DNA from: Fonticula alba ATCC 38817
Taxonomy: Eukaryota > Protista > Nucleariida
Length of the DNA: 63,503 nucleotides
Direction: 5' to 3' (one strand)
NCBI GenBank assembly: GCA_000388065.2
Contig: KB932204.1
In this document: positions 25,301 through 36,598 of the stretch, one piece after another
Layout: the number at the start of each line of letters is the position of its first letter
Position numbering within the stretch: position 1 is the stretch's first letter
The notes under the pieces: model-generated
Told to the model about the DNA's origin: nothing
The model's database searches: none
The model's input: only the letters and a program-made list of their open reading frames with translations
Position numbers and translations under genes: made by a program

Positions 25301-26151
25301 GCTCGGTGTTGATGGTCGGCATGCTGAGGTAGTCCTCGGCGCCATCGGCCGGGGTGGCCTGGGTGAGGCGATCGCGCAGTCGGGCCACGCGCTTGGCGAC
25401 CGAGGCCTGCAGCGAGGCGTCCGAGTTGTGCAGGCGCAGGAACTGGCAGGTCCGCACGTCAACCTGCGTGGGGCAAGGGCGCCATGGTCAGCGGCGGGGC
25501 TGGCCCCTTGGCAGCTTGTGTGCACCCCCCCCCCCCCCCCCCCGATGTCGGGCGCGTCTGGACGTACAATGAATGAGATCTCGCAATCGTAGTCGTCGCG
25601 ATCCTGGGGGGCACCGGTCAGCAGGCAGAAGGCCGACGGCTCGTACTGGGTGACGCGCGCGCGCGTGCCGCCCGGGAGCAGGCGCACGGCCACCGATCGC
25701 CGGGTGTACTGCCGGACGGGCGCCAGCGCGGGAACCGAGCTAATGTCGCCGGCCTGTGGGTGTATGCATTGAGGCACATCCATGGGCGTGCCCGTGCACA
25801 TGTGTGTGTGTGCGTGCGTGTGAGCGTCGACAGGAAGAGGACAGGGCAGGGCGAAGGGGGAGTGCCGCCGCGCCGGAGGGCCACCAGGCCACATACCTGG
25901 TGGCTGACCAGCGTGGCCGACGTGTGGGTCATGCTGACATTCACCGACCAGATCTGCCCCGGGCGGCCATTCAACAGCCAGTGTTTCTGGGGGGCGCTCT
26001 GCCGGATGGCTCCCTTCTGTCGGTAGACCGCCTGGACCGAGCGCAGCGTCGGTGCCATGCCGCTCGTGGAAATGGTCAGCGGCGCCACCGCCACGGCCTG
26101 ACCGTCGGCCGACGTGTGGAAGACATTCTTCCGCGCGAGGGCGGACTTCAT
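19322..26151 (-). CDS. Large multidomain RhoGAP: unknown N-terminal region, degenerate EF-hand, PH, C2-like, RhoGAP
   Basis: RhoGAP motifs EEGIYRLSGS (arginine finger), VAATLKLLLRELP and NLMTSSNICTCFAPNL. PH motifs GNLAKVGGDLKSW..WQTRFCTL..LRYY and YVFACKNREQRDLWIRSL. C2-like LRVRLRSAEGL. EF-like loop DRDQRGRIDYSD. Phase-consistent GT-AG junctions link all exons from M at 26151 to TAA at 19322. Confidence 0.8.
20445..21281. repeat. 24-bp minisatellite AAGCATAGAAACACACAAACACAC spanning a 750-N gap in a RhoGAP intron
   Basis: The same unit occurs on both sides of gap 20468-21217. Confidence 0.85.
22986..23582. repeat. 32-bp purine-rich minisatellite ACGAGAGGAAAGAATAAAAAGATGGAAGAATA spanning a gap in a RhoGAP intron
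   Basis: About 3.5 near-identical units left of gap 23102-23536 and about 1.5 units right of it. Confidence 0.88.
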
Positions 26152-26198
26152 GGCGCGTCAGGGGAGGAGGCAGAGGGAGGCCGGCCGTCTGTGCGCGC

Positions 26199-26242
<44 letters not shown>

Positions 26243-27898
26243 AGGGGGGGGGAGAGGAGGGGGAGGAGGAGGTGTATGCACGTGGGCGCGAAATGGGCAG
26301 AGAGGGATCGGGGCACCGCGGCCACCCGAAGAGGCGGCCAGCCACCCAAAAACCGTCCCTGCCGGGCGCGATCAGCCCTCGTCCGTATACGAGGCCCGGC
26401 CAGGGGGTGGCCGTTGGGCGGCGGTTGCCCTCGGCCCCTCCCCGAGCCGGCTGGGCCCCCCTGAAGCGGGCGCCGTGTCGGTCCGAAGTCACGACTGTCG
26501 CGTCGCGGCCCCCCTGCTCTGCGCCGGGCTTGCACCGCCGCTCCCAGTGATTCGAGCGCGAATAAATTGGAATGCGGCGGCCCTTCCCGGCACGGCGCCC
26601 GCCCCGCCCCCGCGCACGGTTCGCGGTCCGCCCCCGGCAACACACCCACGCACCGACTTGGCCGCGGGCCGACGCCCGCCCTCTGCACGGTATTCCGCAC
26701 CTGAAACAGGATACCGGTGCCGTTGCGCGCGACCGCCCTCCGCCCGGCCGCCTGGGACCCTGGCAACATGGGCCATTTACCGGCCCCCTCCCCTGGCTGC
26801 TCCTCGCGGCCCCCGAGGGGGGCTGGAGCGAGCTCATATGGGTCCTGCCCCCGTATTTGAAGGTCCAGAGGCAGGTACCCGCTCACGGGCGGGTACCCTG
26901 GCCAGCTCGGCCCGGCCCAGGCCGGCCTGGCCCGGCCCGGCCCGGCCGTGGAGCCGGGGCGCCCGCGCGATCCAAATGAAACACGCGGCGCATGAGCGCG
27001 CCGCTGCTTGCTCCCCCTCTTTTGGTGCGTGCCTCGGGGCCCACCGCTCCCAGGTGCGCGCGGCCGCACGCACAAACACACACACACACACACGGCCCGA
27101 CCTTGGCCCGGTGTCCGTCCAGGCCGGCTCCCCTGGCGCTTGAGGGCGGTCGCCGCTGTTGCGCGTGCGATGGGGCCGGGGCGCGGGCAGGCGCGCATTT
27201 TCCGGCCCATCCCGCTCCCGCTTACAGTCCCACCCTGCGCAGGGCGAGGGGAGCGCGAAAGGGGAGGTTGGGTCTGCGAATGCGAGCGCGAACGCGAATG
27301 CGTGCCCCCCGGGCGAGGGGGGCAAGTTCGCGCCCGGAGTCCGGCGCCGATCCGGCCCTCCCGTCCCCGCGCCGTGTTATTGTCCCCAGCTGCGCTCCCC
27401 ACCCTCTGGCGATGTGTCGGAGCCTCCCCCGGCCGGGCCACCTCGCCGCTTGAAGGTGCCCATGTTCGTCGTGCGGCCCTGGGTGCCGGCCCGACCCGGC
27501 CCGGCCCCCCCCTTCCCCGGTTGAGACTCCAGCGGACACACGCCCCTCCTTCTCGGTCCTCGTTGTGCGCGCCACCCCGCCCCCCCCCCCGCGTGAGGCC
27601 GGCGGGGCGGAAATGGCGCGCGTTCAGGTACGTTGGCACCCGTGCACATTCCCACGATACCTTCGCCGGGCTGGTCCAGAGCGTCGGGGCAGGACAGCAT
27701 ACACACACGCACATACGAATCGCCTGGCCGGTCCCCCCCCCCGGCGCGCCCTCCCTCCTATGGTGGCTCCCGCACGGGCACAGGCCCTCTCCCAGGGCAA
27801 TCAATGCATGTGTAAGTGTACTTGCACGCGCGCATGACTGTGCCCCCATTCCCCCCCCCCCCCCTCCCGCGTCTGAAGGCAGAGCAGATCCCGCAAGT

Positions 27899-29386
27899 CT
27901 ATTCGGTTGCCGCGGCCGAGGTGGCCTTCTTGCGGGGGCGCCGGGTCTGCCGGGCCGGGGCCGGGGCCTCTTCCGTGGCCGCGTGCGATGGCTGGGCTTC
28001 GGGCAGGCTGCCAGGATCGTCGGCCGGCGATTTGACCGTGGACTTGGCCTTAGACTTGCGCGGGGGCTTGGGCGTCGTGTCGGCCTGCGACTCGGCATCG
28101 ACATCTGCGGCCTGCTTGGCCTTGGGCTTTGCGGCGCGGCTCGCGCGGCCACGAGTGGCCGGAGCTTTGGCCGGCGCGGCAGCACCCTCGTCGGCGCCAT
28201 GCGGATCGGAACCCGGCGGCAGCGCATCCTCCACCGAGCTGGGCACCAGCAGGCAGCATTCCTCCCCCGACCGGGGGTCACATCGGCAGCCCAGAACTCG
28301 GCCGACATTGTACAGGGCCTGGTCTCGCCAGAGGGCCGTGGCCACCGCCTGCAGCAGGGCATCACTCATGTCGTCCTTCTTTTGGGCGGCGTGAAAGCGC
28401 GCCGCCAGGTGCTCCGGCACATGGAGCGTACGCGCCAGCGGCCAAAAGCCCTGGCCATCGGCATCGGTGGCCGTCATCGCCAGGCGGTTGTCCGCGCTGA
28501 TGCCAGTGCCCCCGGGAAGGGCCAGGCTGGAGTCCGGGGCCGCCAGCAACCTTTCCACCAGGCGCATGGAGCTATTCTTCTTGCGACTATAGCCCTGCGC
28601 CAGGTCGAAGATGCCGGCCACCAGCTTCGGATTGGCCTCGGCCGAAGCCAGACCACAGAAGAAGGGATCCCTCGCCGGAGCCAGGGGCATGACCCGACGC
28701 AGGAGGGCCACCTGCAGCTGCCCGGAGATGATGTTGATCGAGTCGCCGATGGAGGAGTTACTGGCGAATACTCGCATCTGCCGTTCCAGGACATTCACAT
28801 CGGCCAAGGGCAGGCGCTGATCCACGAAGTCGCTGACCGCGCGGGCATACTGCGGCAGGTTGAAGGCATCCGGCAGCCCGTCCACCGGGATGACCATCCA
28901 CTCGAGCAGACGCAAGGGCGGCAGCAGGGGCCTCGCGGCCGCCTCGGCCAGTGCCGGCCGCCGGGCCTCGATCAGCGCCAGGGCCATGTTCCGCAGCCCG
29001 ACATCGATGCTGAGGATGGTCTGCCCAGTGGGGCGGAGAAATGCCGGCACCGGAGCCCCAAAGACCGGGCGGCCGTCGGTGTCCGCCGTCGGCTCGGCGC
29101 CATGCTGCGCCGCGGCCACCATGCCCAGGATGCGGACCAGCTCCTCCTTGCGATGGGTCGATGCCCCGACGCCGACCGAGAACACAAGCTCCTGGATGTC
29201 GGCCCGTCGGGCGCCGATGATGCTGACCACCACATGTGTCCATTTGCCACGGTGTCAGACATGGGCGAGAGGGAGGCCCACAGCCAGGAGGGCCGCTGGC
29301 CAGCTGGACTGGGCGGTGATAGGATGGGGGCATGATCAGGGAGCGACGCACGTTTCAATGTGGCTACAGGGGAATCGCCTTGCCAT
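27899..29386 (-). CDS. CCE1: Cce1/Ydc2-family RuvC-fold Holliday junction resolvase, probably mitochondrial (exons 29386-29352, 29222-27899)
   Basis: Acidic catalytic motifs ILSIDVGLRNMA, VLERQ and KKDDMSDALLQA. SAP-like segment RRADIQELVFSVGVGASTHRKEELVRIL near the N-terminus. Short first exon MARRFPCSHIET joined by a phase-2 GTGCGT...GTCAG intron. Basic low-complexity tail. Confidence 0.82.
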
Positions 29387-29876
29387 GGTCAAGCGCAGCC
29401 GGGGGCACCAGGAGGCGACCGGGAAGGGTTCCGCGAAGAGGAAGGGACACGGTCGACGCCAAGAGCAGGGGGACCAAGAAAATGCACCGCCACGCGTTGA
29501 GAGAACTCGAGGCAGCAGAGGGAGGGGGAGGGAGGGGGGGGGGGGGGGGCAAGGCAGGTGTGCGCTTGGGGACGGTGCGGCACACCGGCGGCCGATGTGG
29601 CCCGCGAGATCGCTCCCTCCTCAAGTGCCAACGTTCCGGTTGGGGTGGACCGCAGAAAGCACAGCACGAAGCCCTTTTGGTGGGTTGTCTATTTGTGCCG
29701 GGGGGGGGGGGGGGGGGGGGGGCCTCTCCCGGCGCCGGGAGGAGGAGGGGGAGGCGGGGCGATCCGTGGGCGCGTGCACGCACGCACACACACGCACGCA
29801 CGCACGCACGCACAGAGGGGGGAAAAAAGAAAAAAGAAAAAAAGCAAGAGCCGGGCTCAGGCATCGGCCCGCGGGC

Positions 29877-31104
29877 CTATGCCGCGTTGTCGAGGAACGC
29901 CTCGACCTGGTGGGTGAAGCCCCACGGGTCGTCGGCGTGGATCCAGTGGCCGGTGTCCAGCATGCGCAGGCTCCAGCCCTCCTTGGCGTCCGGGTCGGCC
30001 GGGTCCTCGACGAAGGGCCCAAAGTGCCCGGCCAGGGTGGCCGCCACCCGGGACGGGTCATCCGGCACGTAGTCCGCCTTGCGGCCGCCGACAAAGAGAC
30101 TCCGGCCGGAGTACACCTGGTCCGGGCTGTATGCCGGCACGGCCATGATCTCCCCGAGGGCCGCCTGCAGGGCGCGGGTGTTGCACCGGAAGTAGAACTG
30201 CTCGTCCGTGTGCCCGGGCAGCGCCGCGGCCAGGGCCTCCGGCAGCTGGCCCTTCACCAGGTTGGTCCCGACGAAGGCCCGCACGCGCTCATTGGTCACC
30301 CCCATGTCGGCCAGGATCTGCTCGGCCTCGGGCCGGGTCCCGACGCGGCGCTCCTCCGTGGTGATCATGGCCTGGAGGATCTCCGAGAAGGAGGCATTCG
30401 GCGACTGCTCAGGCAGGATGTCCGCCACGACGATGCGCCCGGGCTGCAGATCGAATGGGGCATTCAGGGCATAGTGCATGACGGTCTTGCCGCCCTGCAA
30501 GTGCCGCGAGCAAAGTGGCAGGAGGGGGGGGGGCGGAGGAAGGACCGGGGCGAAGGCTTCCATGTGAGACACAGGCAGTCGGGCGGACGGTGTGGGCAGG
30601 CGGGGCTGAGGAGCCGTGCAGACAGGGGGGAAAAAAAAGAAGGGGAAGCCCTCCAACGGCGCGCACCATGGAGTGGCCCAGCAGCACGAAGTCTCGGTCG
30701 AACTCGGACAGGTGCTCGGTCACGAAGGCCGCAATGTCGGCGGCCATGTAGTCGTAGCCAGCATGCTCGGGCGCCGACCAGGGGCTGCTGCCATGGTTGC
30801 GCATGTCCAGCGAGAAGACCGTGCGCCCGGTGCGCGAGGCCAGCAGCTTGCTCATCGAGCGCCAGTTCTGCCGCGACCCGAGCAGCCCGGGCAGGATGAT
30901 GATCGGGGACTTGAACAAGCGGACATTGTCCGCCGGCGGGTCCTGCCGGTGGAAGTCCAGCGGCACGGCCTTCCCCTGGAAGAAGGCCTCGCTGGCCGGG
31001 GCAACGCTGAAGTGCGCACGGGCCAAGGGGGCGCCGGCCGCACTGGAGGCGGCCACGGCACGGGCGGCGGTGCCGGCAACAAGGGACCGGGCAGTGGAGA
31101 GCAT
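29877..31104 (-). CDS. ABHD11: Mitochondrial alpha/beta hydrolase, ABHD11/YbfF family (exons 31104-30667, 30494-29877)
   Basis: Presequence MLSTARSLVAG. Motifs LPGLLGSRQNW, DMRNHGSS, nucleophile elbow GHSMGG split by the intron, and catalytic His in GHWIHADDP. Confidence 0.85.
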
Positions 31105-32903
31105 GGTCGTGCGCGCTGGGACAGGGGACCCGGACTGTCTGGTTCAAGGGGAGGGTGGAAGGTGCGATGCGAGCAGCGCGATGGAGGGGGCGGGGGCGGG
31201 GGCGGGGGCGGGGGCGGGGGCGGGGGCGGGGGCGGTGCGAGAGGGGGGTGGCATGCCTGCTGTGACCGGGGAGCAGGGGCACCGATGCCGGTCCAGATGG
31301 GGGCCGGAAAAAATGGGCCACCCCGTTCCGCTGCGGGGCCCTGTGTCCTCGGACGGCCGCGCCCCTCTCGCCGCACCATATGTCTAAAAAAAAGGCAGCA
31401 CGCCAGGCAGGAGGGCCCCGGCCCACTGGCGTGGGGCTCCCCCCCCCCCCCCCCCGGGGGGAGGGGGGAGAGAGGGAGACAAGGCGGTCGAGGCAGGCTG
31501 GCATGGCGGGCAGGTACACGTGCGGGGCACGCCAAGGACGAGTGCGCGGTGGGACCGATATCACGTGCTGGAATACTCTCCGCGGAGCTCTCCATTCGGC
31601 CCAGCGACCCGTGGGATTTTACCGGGCGCCCGATTGGATGTCCCAAATGTACGCGCGTGTGGGCATACGGTGTTTCTTCCCTCGTTCCGGGGGGGGGGGG
31701 GGCAGGGGGGATTCTTCGGGCCGAACGGGGCGGCTCACCCCGGTCGGGGCATGGTTCTTTCGATCTGCGACCCTTTCCCGGGCCCCAGACGGGGGGGCTG
31801 TCCCCCCCCCCCCCCCCTTGCCCTCCTCATCGTTCCCGGTCCCGCCCCCGGGGACTAAAGGGAGATCGTGGGCCTTGCGGGGTGCGGCGTCGGGACCGGC
31901 GCTCGCGGAAGCCCGGGGGCGTGGGATCGCTGCGCGACCGGCGACCTCCTTTGACCTTCTCCGCCGATATCCTCCCCCGGGGGGAGGGGACAAAAAAAAA
32001 AAAGAAGAAGAAGAAAGAGCCGGTGCGGTTCCGGGAGACGTTAGCGCGGCGCACGCAAAGGCCACCTGGACATAGGGAGCCGGCCGCGGTGTGAGCCGCT
32101 CATGCCATGCTGACACTCCTTCATGCATGGACATTCGCCGGTCTTCCTGCGGGAAATCAGGTCTGCTTTCGGGCCGCCGGGCCGATCCCCCCCCCCCCCC
32201 CCGCTTCCCCCAGGGGGGGCCCTCAACCATATGGCCTCTCGTTTGGGCGAGGCGGAGTAAACATCCGCATTGGGCTTGCCCGCGGGAAGCGTGCGCGCGC
32301 ATGTTTACCCGCCCCGGCTGTCCGTGTGTCTGCCGCTGCTTCGGCGGTCTTCGTCGCCCTTCCCCCGAGCCCGGTGATCCGTGTTTTTGGAATGGGCGGC
32401 AGGAGCCACGGCACGCACCGGTACGCAGAGCGCGCCCTCCTCGCCCCGTGGCGCTGCAATCCGGACGGAGTGCCCCAGCATTCCACCGGGCCCCGGAGCA
32501 TGCGGGCCGCACGATCGCCCTCCCACCCCAACGGGGCGCCGGTGCGGCGACAACAGAGGAGGGGGGCCGCACAAATAATCACGGCAGGGTGCTGGGCCCT
32601 TTTGAGGGACCCCCTGGCGAGGCCCCCTCGTCCGAGATTGGGGCATTTCAAATACTTCCTACACATTTTCCAGCGTATGCCCCCCCCCCCCCCCCTCCTC
32701 CCCTCCCCCCTCCGGCTTTTCACCCTCTCTGTGCCTCGCCTCCCCCCGCCCATGCAGCCTGACCTTTGCGCTTGCCTCGTCGCCGTGTGAAGGACACACA
32801 CGCACTCTTGCCTCGGGTCCTCCCAGCCCCGATCTAGAAAAAACCCCGCCGTTGCCATTCACCGGCATCATCCGCCGTCCTTTCCCCTGGCCTCCATCGT
32901 GGA

Positions 32904-34553
32904 ATGGACTGCTGCAATCCCTGGATTGAATCGCTCCTAAGTTGCTTTACTGGTTCCACTTCGAGCGACGACGACCGCCGCCATCCCCCCCGGCCAGCGG
33001 CTCTTCCCGACTGGCGGCGTGCCGAGCAAGAACGCGATCCGGCCGATTTCCGCCCGGAGAAGGCTGACCCCGCGCGTAAGGAGTCTGCCCTCGGTGTTTC
33101 ACTGTCGCGTGGCAGCCTCGCCCAAGGCCCCGGTTCCTCGGCCTCCCTCCACCGGCTGAGTGTGTACGACGCCCGGCCCGCGCAGCCAGCAGCCCCGGAG
33201 GGCCTTGTTTCCCGGTCGGCCAGTGGCCTGAGCCTGCACCAAGCACAGCAGCACCCCTCGCCCTCGGCGTCTGCCTCGTCCAGTCAGCTTGCCCGAGCCA
33301 AGTCCGTCACGCCCAAAGCCCGGGCAAGGGAGTCCGAGCTTTCTCGATCCGGGTCGTCGCAGCTCCTGCGCAAGGCCCTCCAACGCACGCGAAACAAGAT
33401 GGGCTCCAGTCTCCGCAAAGGCGGGGCCGAGGCATCGGCCTCCGGCGACCTGACCGCCGAGTGCAGCTCCTACAGCGTGGACGACGGGCTGTCCATCACG
33501 CGGTCCTACTCGTGTGTGGTCGGTCGCAGCGGCGGCGGCGCCTCCTCCGACGCGTTGGCCGCCTCGGCGTCGGGCTCCGGCTCGTTGGCCGCGGCGGGGC
33601 GACAGGGCCCGGGGGCCCCCGGGCCCGGCTGGCCTGGGGCGCCATCGGGCCGCGCCAACGGCATAGTCTGGGCCAACACCCTGCTGACGGCCGACGAGCG
33701 TGCCGAATCGGAGTCCATGCTGAGCGAGTCGCGCGAGAGCACCTCTCGCATGGTGGCCTCCATCAACGAGACGTCCAAGGTGGCGGTCAACCTGTCGAAG
33801 AACCTGTACCAGCAGGGCGGTGCGTGTTTCTTTTTTTTTTTTTGGCCGCGCCCCCTCCGCACGCCGATGTGTCTGGGCATGCGTGTGGCGGTGTCGGGTG
33901 TCGGGTGTCCTGTTTTTTTTCTTCTGTGTGCCAGCGATCGCTCCCCTCCCCAGAGCCCGGCTTGCCGCATTGTCCTTCGCCCGCTCCCCCCCTCCCTCCC
34001 CCCCTTGCGCCGCACTGACCCTCTCCGCATGTGCATCGGCCGGGTCCGGGAAACAGAGCAAATCGACCGGATTTCCGGCATGCAGGACGAAATGGAAGGC
34101 ATGTTGGTGGACGCGGACCGCGATTCGAAGAAGGTCAGCAGCTTCTGGCGCGGGGTCTTCCGCCGGAGCAGCAAGCGTTCCAGCTCCGGCGAGCTGTCCT
34201 CTTCTTCCGGCGGCGCCCCGGCGGCCTCCAAGGCGGCCGGCCGAGCTGGCAACCTGACGGAGGTCCCCCGGCCGGGGACCCGCGCAGCTCAGGTCAGCTC
34301 CATGAAGGCGCTGGCCATCGCTGAGGCCGGGTCTCGGCGTCCAACCAACGAGGCCGGCGATTTGTTGGCCCGGTCCAACCGCGACATTGACGAGGGCCTG
34401 GACACGGTGTCCGGCTGCCTGGACGCCCTGCGCGATGCCTCCATCGGCTTGGGCCTGGAGCTGGACCGTCAGAACAGCGCGCTCGGGGACATCACCGTGC
34501 GCGCGGTCCGTCACAAGGAGAAGCTCAAGCAGATCACCCACCGACTCAAGTAG
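32904..34553 (+). CDS. SNAP-25/SEC9/SNAP29-family Qbc SNARE with long N-terminal extension (intron 33820-34056)
   Basis: Two heptad SNARE motifs with zero-layer Gln (NLYQQGEQID and ELDRQNSAL). No TM helix. N-terminus MDCCNPWIESLLSCF. Confidence 0.8.
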   Translation: MDCCNPWIESLLSCFTGSTSSDDDRRHPPRPAALPDWRRAEQERDPADFRPEKADPARKESALGVSLSRGSLAQGPGSSASLHRLSVYDARPAQPAAPEGLVSRSASGLSLHQAQQHPSPSASASSSQLARAKSVTPKARARESELSRSGSSQLLRKALQRTRNKMGSSLRKGGAEASASGDLTAECSSYSVDDGLSITRSYSCVVGRSGGGASSDALAASASGSGSLAAAGRQGPGAPGPGWPGAPSGRANGIVWANTLLTADERAESESMLSESRESTSRMVASINETSKVAVNLSKNLYQQGGACFFFFFWPRPLRTPMCLGMRVAVSGVGCPVFFLLCASDRSPPQSPACRIVLRPLPPSLPPLRRTDPLRMCIGRVRETEQIDRISGMQDEMEGMLVDADRDSKKVSSFWRGVFRRSSKRSSSGELSSSSGGAPAASKAAGRAGNLTEVPRPGTRAAQVSSMKALAIAEAGSRRPTNEAGDLLARSNRDIDEGLDTVSGCLDALRDASIGLGLELDRQNSALGDITVRAVRHKEKLKQITHRLK

Positions 34554-35122
34554 CTGCCTGCCTCTGTGCCCGAGCTGCCGCGCCCCGTCCCGGCACCTCT
34601 CTTCCTCGCCGCGCCCCGCGCCCCGCGCCCCGCGCCCCGCGCCCCGGATGAGGCCAACAGCAGACCAGTGCATGAGTGTGCCAATCCAGTTGCATGGTAC
34701 CTCGCCGCGCCGCCCCCCCTGTGCTGGGCCAACACTTGCGTCTGTGGCCTTCTCCTCCCCCCCCCCCCCCTCGCCGTTCTTGTGGTCCTCTGTCCTTGGT
34801 CGGGACGAGGGGCTGGTCGAGGGTCCAACCAATGTACTTCGCATGCACCTCCTCTATCTCCCCCTCCTCGCGTTGTTTGTGCTTCATTCGTGTGTTCCCT
34901 GGGTGCACACCTGGGGGGGGGGGGGGGGGGGCAGCGGGCGAGCAGCCGTATATGTTGTGGGGTAGAGGCCAAGGTGCGCCACATGCCAACGTAGGCGTGG
35001 ACCACAAAAGGGCGCCCGTCCTGGGCGGCGATCGGGACCGGAGGCCTGGGGCAGTTGCCGTGCCCGTGTTTCGCCGTCCCCCTCCGCCTGGACCCGTGTC
35101 CACTTTGTCTAGCCCCCTCCCC

Positions 35123-35170
35123 TCTCGCCACCTCGCCACCTCGCCACCTCGCCACCTCGCCACCTCGCCA
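35123..35170. repeat. (CCTCGCCA)n octamer repeat, about 6 copies, upstream of UFC1
   Basis: Visible directly. Confidence 0.85.
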
Positions 35171-35243
35171 TCGCTCTCCGTCCCGGTCTCTCCCCCCATC
35201 CATCCCCCATCGCTCGGCGTCTACTCCTGATCCGCGCTTCATC

Positions 35244-36346
35244 ATGATTGATAGCCAGACAAAGGTCAGTCCCGGCCGGCGCCACTTCCCGTTCTCCCCC
35301 TGTGTCCTCCCGCGCACGCTGACCTGTCCCCCCTCTCCCCCTGGTGGTCTCCTCCGTATCCGCCCACTCTCGTGCCTGCTTTCGGCTGGCTCTTTTCACA
35401 GAAGGAGGTCGAGAAGGTGTCGCTTTTGACCAGCCGGGCCGGGCCATTGGAGCTCGACCAGTGGCCGAACCGTCTGGCCGAGGAGTACCAGTCCTTGATT
35501 CAGGTGCGCGCGATCCGCCCGATGCAACGGCCCTAGCACCTCTGAGGGTGCCATGCAAGTGTACCTCCGCTCACCCCCCTGGCGGCTCTTGTTCGCGCCC
35601 CCTCCGGTTGACCACCAGCTCGTGAACTTCAACAAGGAGTCCGATGCAGACTTCTTCTCCATCGAGGCCAATGAGGCCGGGACCATGTGCGTGGCCTCTT
35701 GCCCTGTTGCGTCATGTTGCATTTCCTCGATGGGGCTGCCTTCCCATCGTCCCCCACTAATCACCGTCTTCTCCAGCTGGACCGGCACGGCCTGGCACAT
35801 CCACAACAGCGTGCGGTACTCCTTCGCCATCGAGCTGGTACTCTCCATCTCGTACCCCTTCTCCCCGCCGGAGATCCGAATCCCCGAGCTGGACGGCCTC
35901 TCGGTGAAGATGTACCGGTGCGTGCACCAGTCACTTCGGCCTCCTGTTGCTGTACCCCCTGCCCCGACATTCCACTCACCCCCTGCCGGTCCCCCCCCCT
36001 CTCTCTCTCTCTCTCTCTGCCCCGCCCCCACCCCTGGCATTTGGCTGGGCTACTCTCATCCCCTTGCATCCCGAAGCAACGGCCTCATTTGCACGAGTTC
36101 CCACTTTGAGCCGCTCTGGCGGAAGAATGCCCCGAAGTTTGGCATCGCCCACGCGCTCACCCTCGGCGTATGTCCCCCCCGCTGCTTGTCGCCCCCTCCA
36201 GCGCATCAGAGCCTAACCTTCTTTGCCATCCCCACATGTTCCGTCGCCTCCTGCCCTGCCTCCTTCCCGCCCCAACCCAGCTCAAGCCCTGGCTGTCGGT
36301 TGAAATCCCACTCCTGGTCGAGGAGGGGAAGATCACCCCCAAGTAA
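35244..36346 (+). CDS. UFC1: UFM1-conjugating E2 enzyme
   Basis: Six exons splice to AGP..W..RLAEEYQSLI...YPFSPPEIRIPELDGLSVKMYRNGLIC.S.HFEPLWRKNAPKFGIAH...PWLSVEIP. This is collinear with the human UFC1 sequence as I recall it, with the catalytic Cys kept. Confidence 0.95.
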
Positions 36347-36598
36347 TGGACACACCCATTCCAGGCCGCAAGTGCGGATCCCCTCCCCTGGAGCCATATC
36401 CTGCGAGCATGTCCCAGCATTTCAACGGAAAGGGGGATGACGAGGGGGGGGGGGGGGAGGCGGCGACACGCGAGTGGGGCGCGCGCCAGGTCTATACGTG
36501 AACTCCGGTCGTGGCTGTTGCCGAACGCCGAGGAGGGGGGGGGAGGGTTGGGGATGAGGAGGAGAGGACCCGGAAGGGCGGGGGAAGACGCGCGAGAA

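Noticed and set aside
29223-29351. Apparent in-frame TGA or frameshift upstream of the CCE1 SAP-like segment, suggesting recoding
   Set aside because: A canonical phase-2 GT-AG intron with a CTGAC branch-like site removes it. All three stop codons are used normally across the window.
33820-34056. Stop-free introns with length divisible by 3 (SNARE 237 nt; RME-8 45838-45978, 141 nt) as regulated retention
   Set aside because: Expected often by chance in short GC-rich introns; there is no evidence without RNA data.
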